A DNA stretch of 62,641 nt, counting the filler, from Hausera hauseri (Eukaryota): the NCBI GenBank assembly GCA_046269625.1. It is 11 parts of 11 records of this genome, joined end to end, with 100 filler letters (N's around TTAATTAATTAA, not from the genome) between each part and the next. Parts side by side here need not be neighbours in the genome. Positions count along the whole stretch, not along the records: positions 52,635 to 62,641 come from JBJURY010255514.1; 10 more parts are not named here. One strand, written 5' to 3'. Below the pieces are notes generated by a model that was not told the origin of the DNA, did not search any database, and was given only the letters and a program-made list of their open reading frames with translations. The position numbers were made by a program, and so were the translations under genes. Shown here in pieces: positions 61,031 to 62,641 of the stretch (positions are counted from its first letter, which is position 1; every line of letters begins with the position of its first letter).

Positions 61031-62641
61031 AATTTACTACATTACCACTTATACCTTCTCATAACATTTCCCTTAATTTGTTAGATTTCAATCTCGGTAT
61101 TGCGTTTAATTCACAACCGCCGCTGTCACAATCCGATTTGCTAAACCTGAAGTTTTCTGCATCGTATCTTTCCGGAGCTAAAATAGTGATCGGTGAACAT
61201 TCCTTTCAATTTTACTACCTTCAAACATCATCGTTACTATGACAAGCATGGGACTAGCGTTCCCAAATGAAGTGTCGTCAATGCAATCATCGTCTATTGT
61301 ATCGGATTCATTGACCTTTTCTGCTATATGTTGTGGATTGTGACGTGTTTTTGTTTTAGTTTACAATAGTTTAGTTCTATATACTCTTCTTAGATCATTA
61401 ATGTATAGTTTTAAGTCTTACAAAGATTAATTGCCGAAACATAAAATTCTAAGTTGTATGGACATTTAACGGTCGTTAATTTCTTGAACACAATCAGGGC
61501 CCTTTCATTTTAAGAAAAATCTTTCCAATTTTACTATTTGCTGCAATACACTAAAACATTATTTACCATGTTGCTTCTTGAAATCTTATTAGGAGCTGCA
61601 CTTGTATTAGACTGTAGTTTGAAAATGGAATATTGAAAGATGAAAGCCAAGCTATTGAAAAGAGGTAAGCATGCAAACATTTCAAAGCAACCATTAGCTG
61701 TTTGACTGTAAAAGAGCTGGCAGCTTTCAGATCGGTTTCCAGGAAGAAAATTGATTGTTATAGTTATAGATTTTTGCTGCTAATTAAACTCTCAATTCCA
61801 TCAACTGTGCATAGTAACTGATTTTTAAGGTTTCAATCCATGCTTTAGTAAATGATGAATAATATTAATTTATACGTAATTTTTGTCAGAGATGATTAGT
61901 TGGAACCATAACTACTAATTCATTTTTCAGAGACGCTCTCTGTCGAGGCTGCTGTCTCGTCAGAGGTTTCAACCTTTTTTAATAATCCTGTATTTCAAAT
62001 GTTTCTTTCAGCAGTTTGTGTCAATTATTGACATTAGGAAAAACAGAAATAGTTTATATTATAGAACATTTCAAAGCTGGCTTCACATTATTCTTTCTAA
62101 ACATAAATGCTCCTTATGTGGAACTAAACATGAAACTATGAAGCTCAAAATATTGATGGAACAATGGCGTTCAATATGATTTTTATGGAAGATGGAAAAC
62201 GGCGTCATTTTTATATTCTAAAATTAAAGGAGCCGATTCGGTATATCGATTGTCTATATTCGATCCTGGAGTATGCAAAATCAGACCATCGCCAAGTTAC
62301 AGAAATAGCAACAGCAGCAGAGAAAAAAATATTGGGTACCAGATGACCTTGAGTGGGTTGCCCCCTAAACACGTACTTTACCGCAGGGGATGATGTTGTG
62401 CCCACATTTGCCCAATAGGATACAAAAATCCAGAATATGAATCCTTTCTTGGTGAGAATATTATGCAGCGAATTCACGTCGCGTTGCTTGTACTATTGAT
62501 AAGATATAAGCGAATCTGAAGATAATACCAATACAGAACTGTTGTCAACATTGCTTTTCGCTGCTGATTGTGTATCTTTGCTTTCTTTCCGTGAGGATTC
62601 AATAGATTCTTCAGACGGTGTCCACCGATTAGCATAAACTT

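Overview
AT-rich eukaryotic (animal-like) draft-genome sequence, not a contiguous locus. Eleven unrelated contigs of about 4-10 kb are joined by ten identical artificial 100-bp linkers (N44-TTAATTAATTAA-N44), so adjacency across linkers means nothing. Most content is mobile DNA: at least six Ty3/Gypsy LTR-retrotransposon pieces (one with a near-intact 1005-aa Pol), four or five decayed Polinton/Maverick-type protein-primed DNA polymerase (pPolB) loci, three mariner elements and one hAT (Buster/ZBED5-like) element. Host-derived sequence comprises an intronless, uninterrupted C-terminal half of PRP8 behind a decayed 5' stub, a CSE1/exportin-2 fragment between direct repeats, and a mosaic ORF with an in-frame PA2G4/Ebp1 fragment fused to a Lines-like spliced gene. 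The most striking object is the Gypsy element in contig 2 (minus strand, 4806-10476). Between its integrase and its PPT/3' LTR it carries about 3.7 kb of same-strand cargo: a type I membrane protein, a second CC-motif protein, and a protein with an N-terminal dsRNA-binding-like motif and a C-terminal C3HC4 RING finger. This suggests a retroelement with an env-like gene plus a possible anti-silencing E3 ligase. All domain calls come from manual translation and motif recognition; no searches were run.
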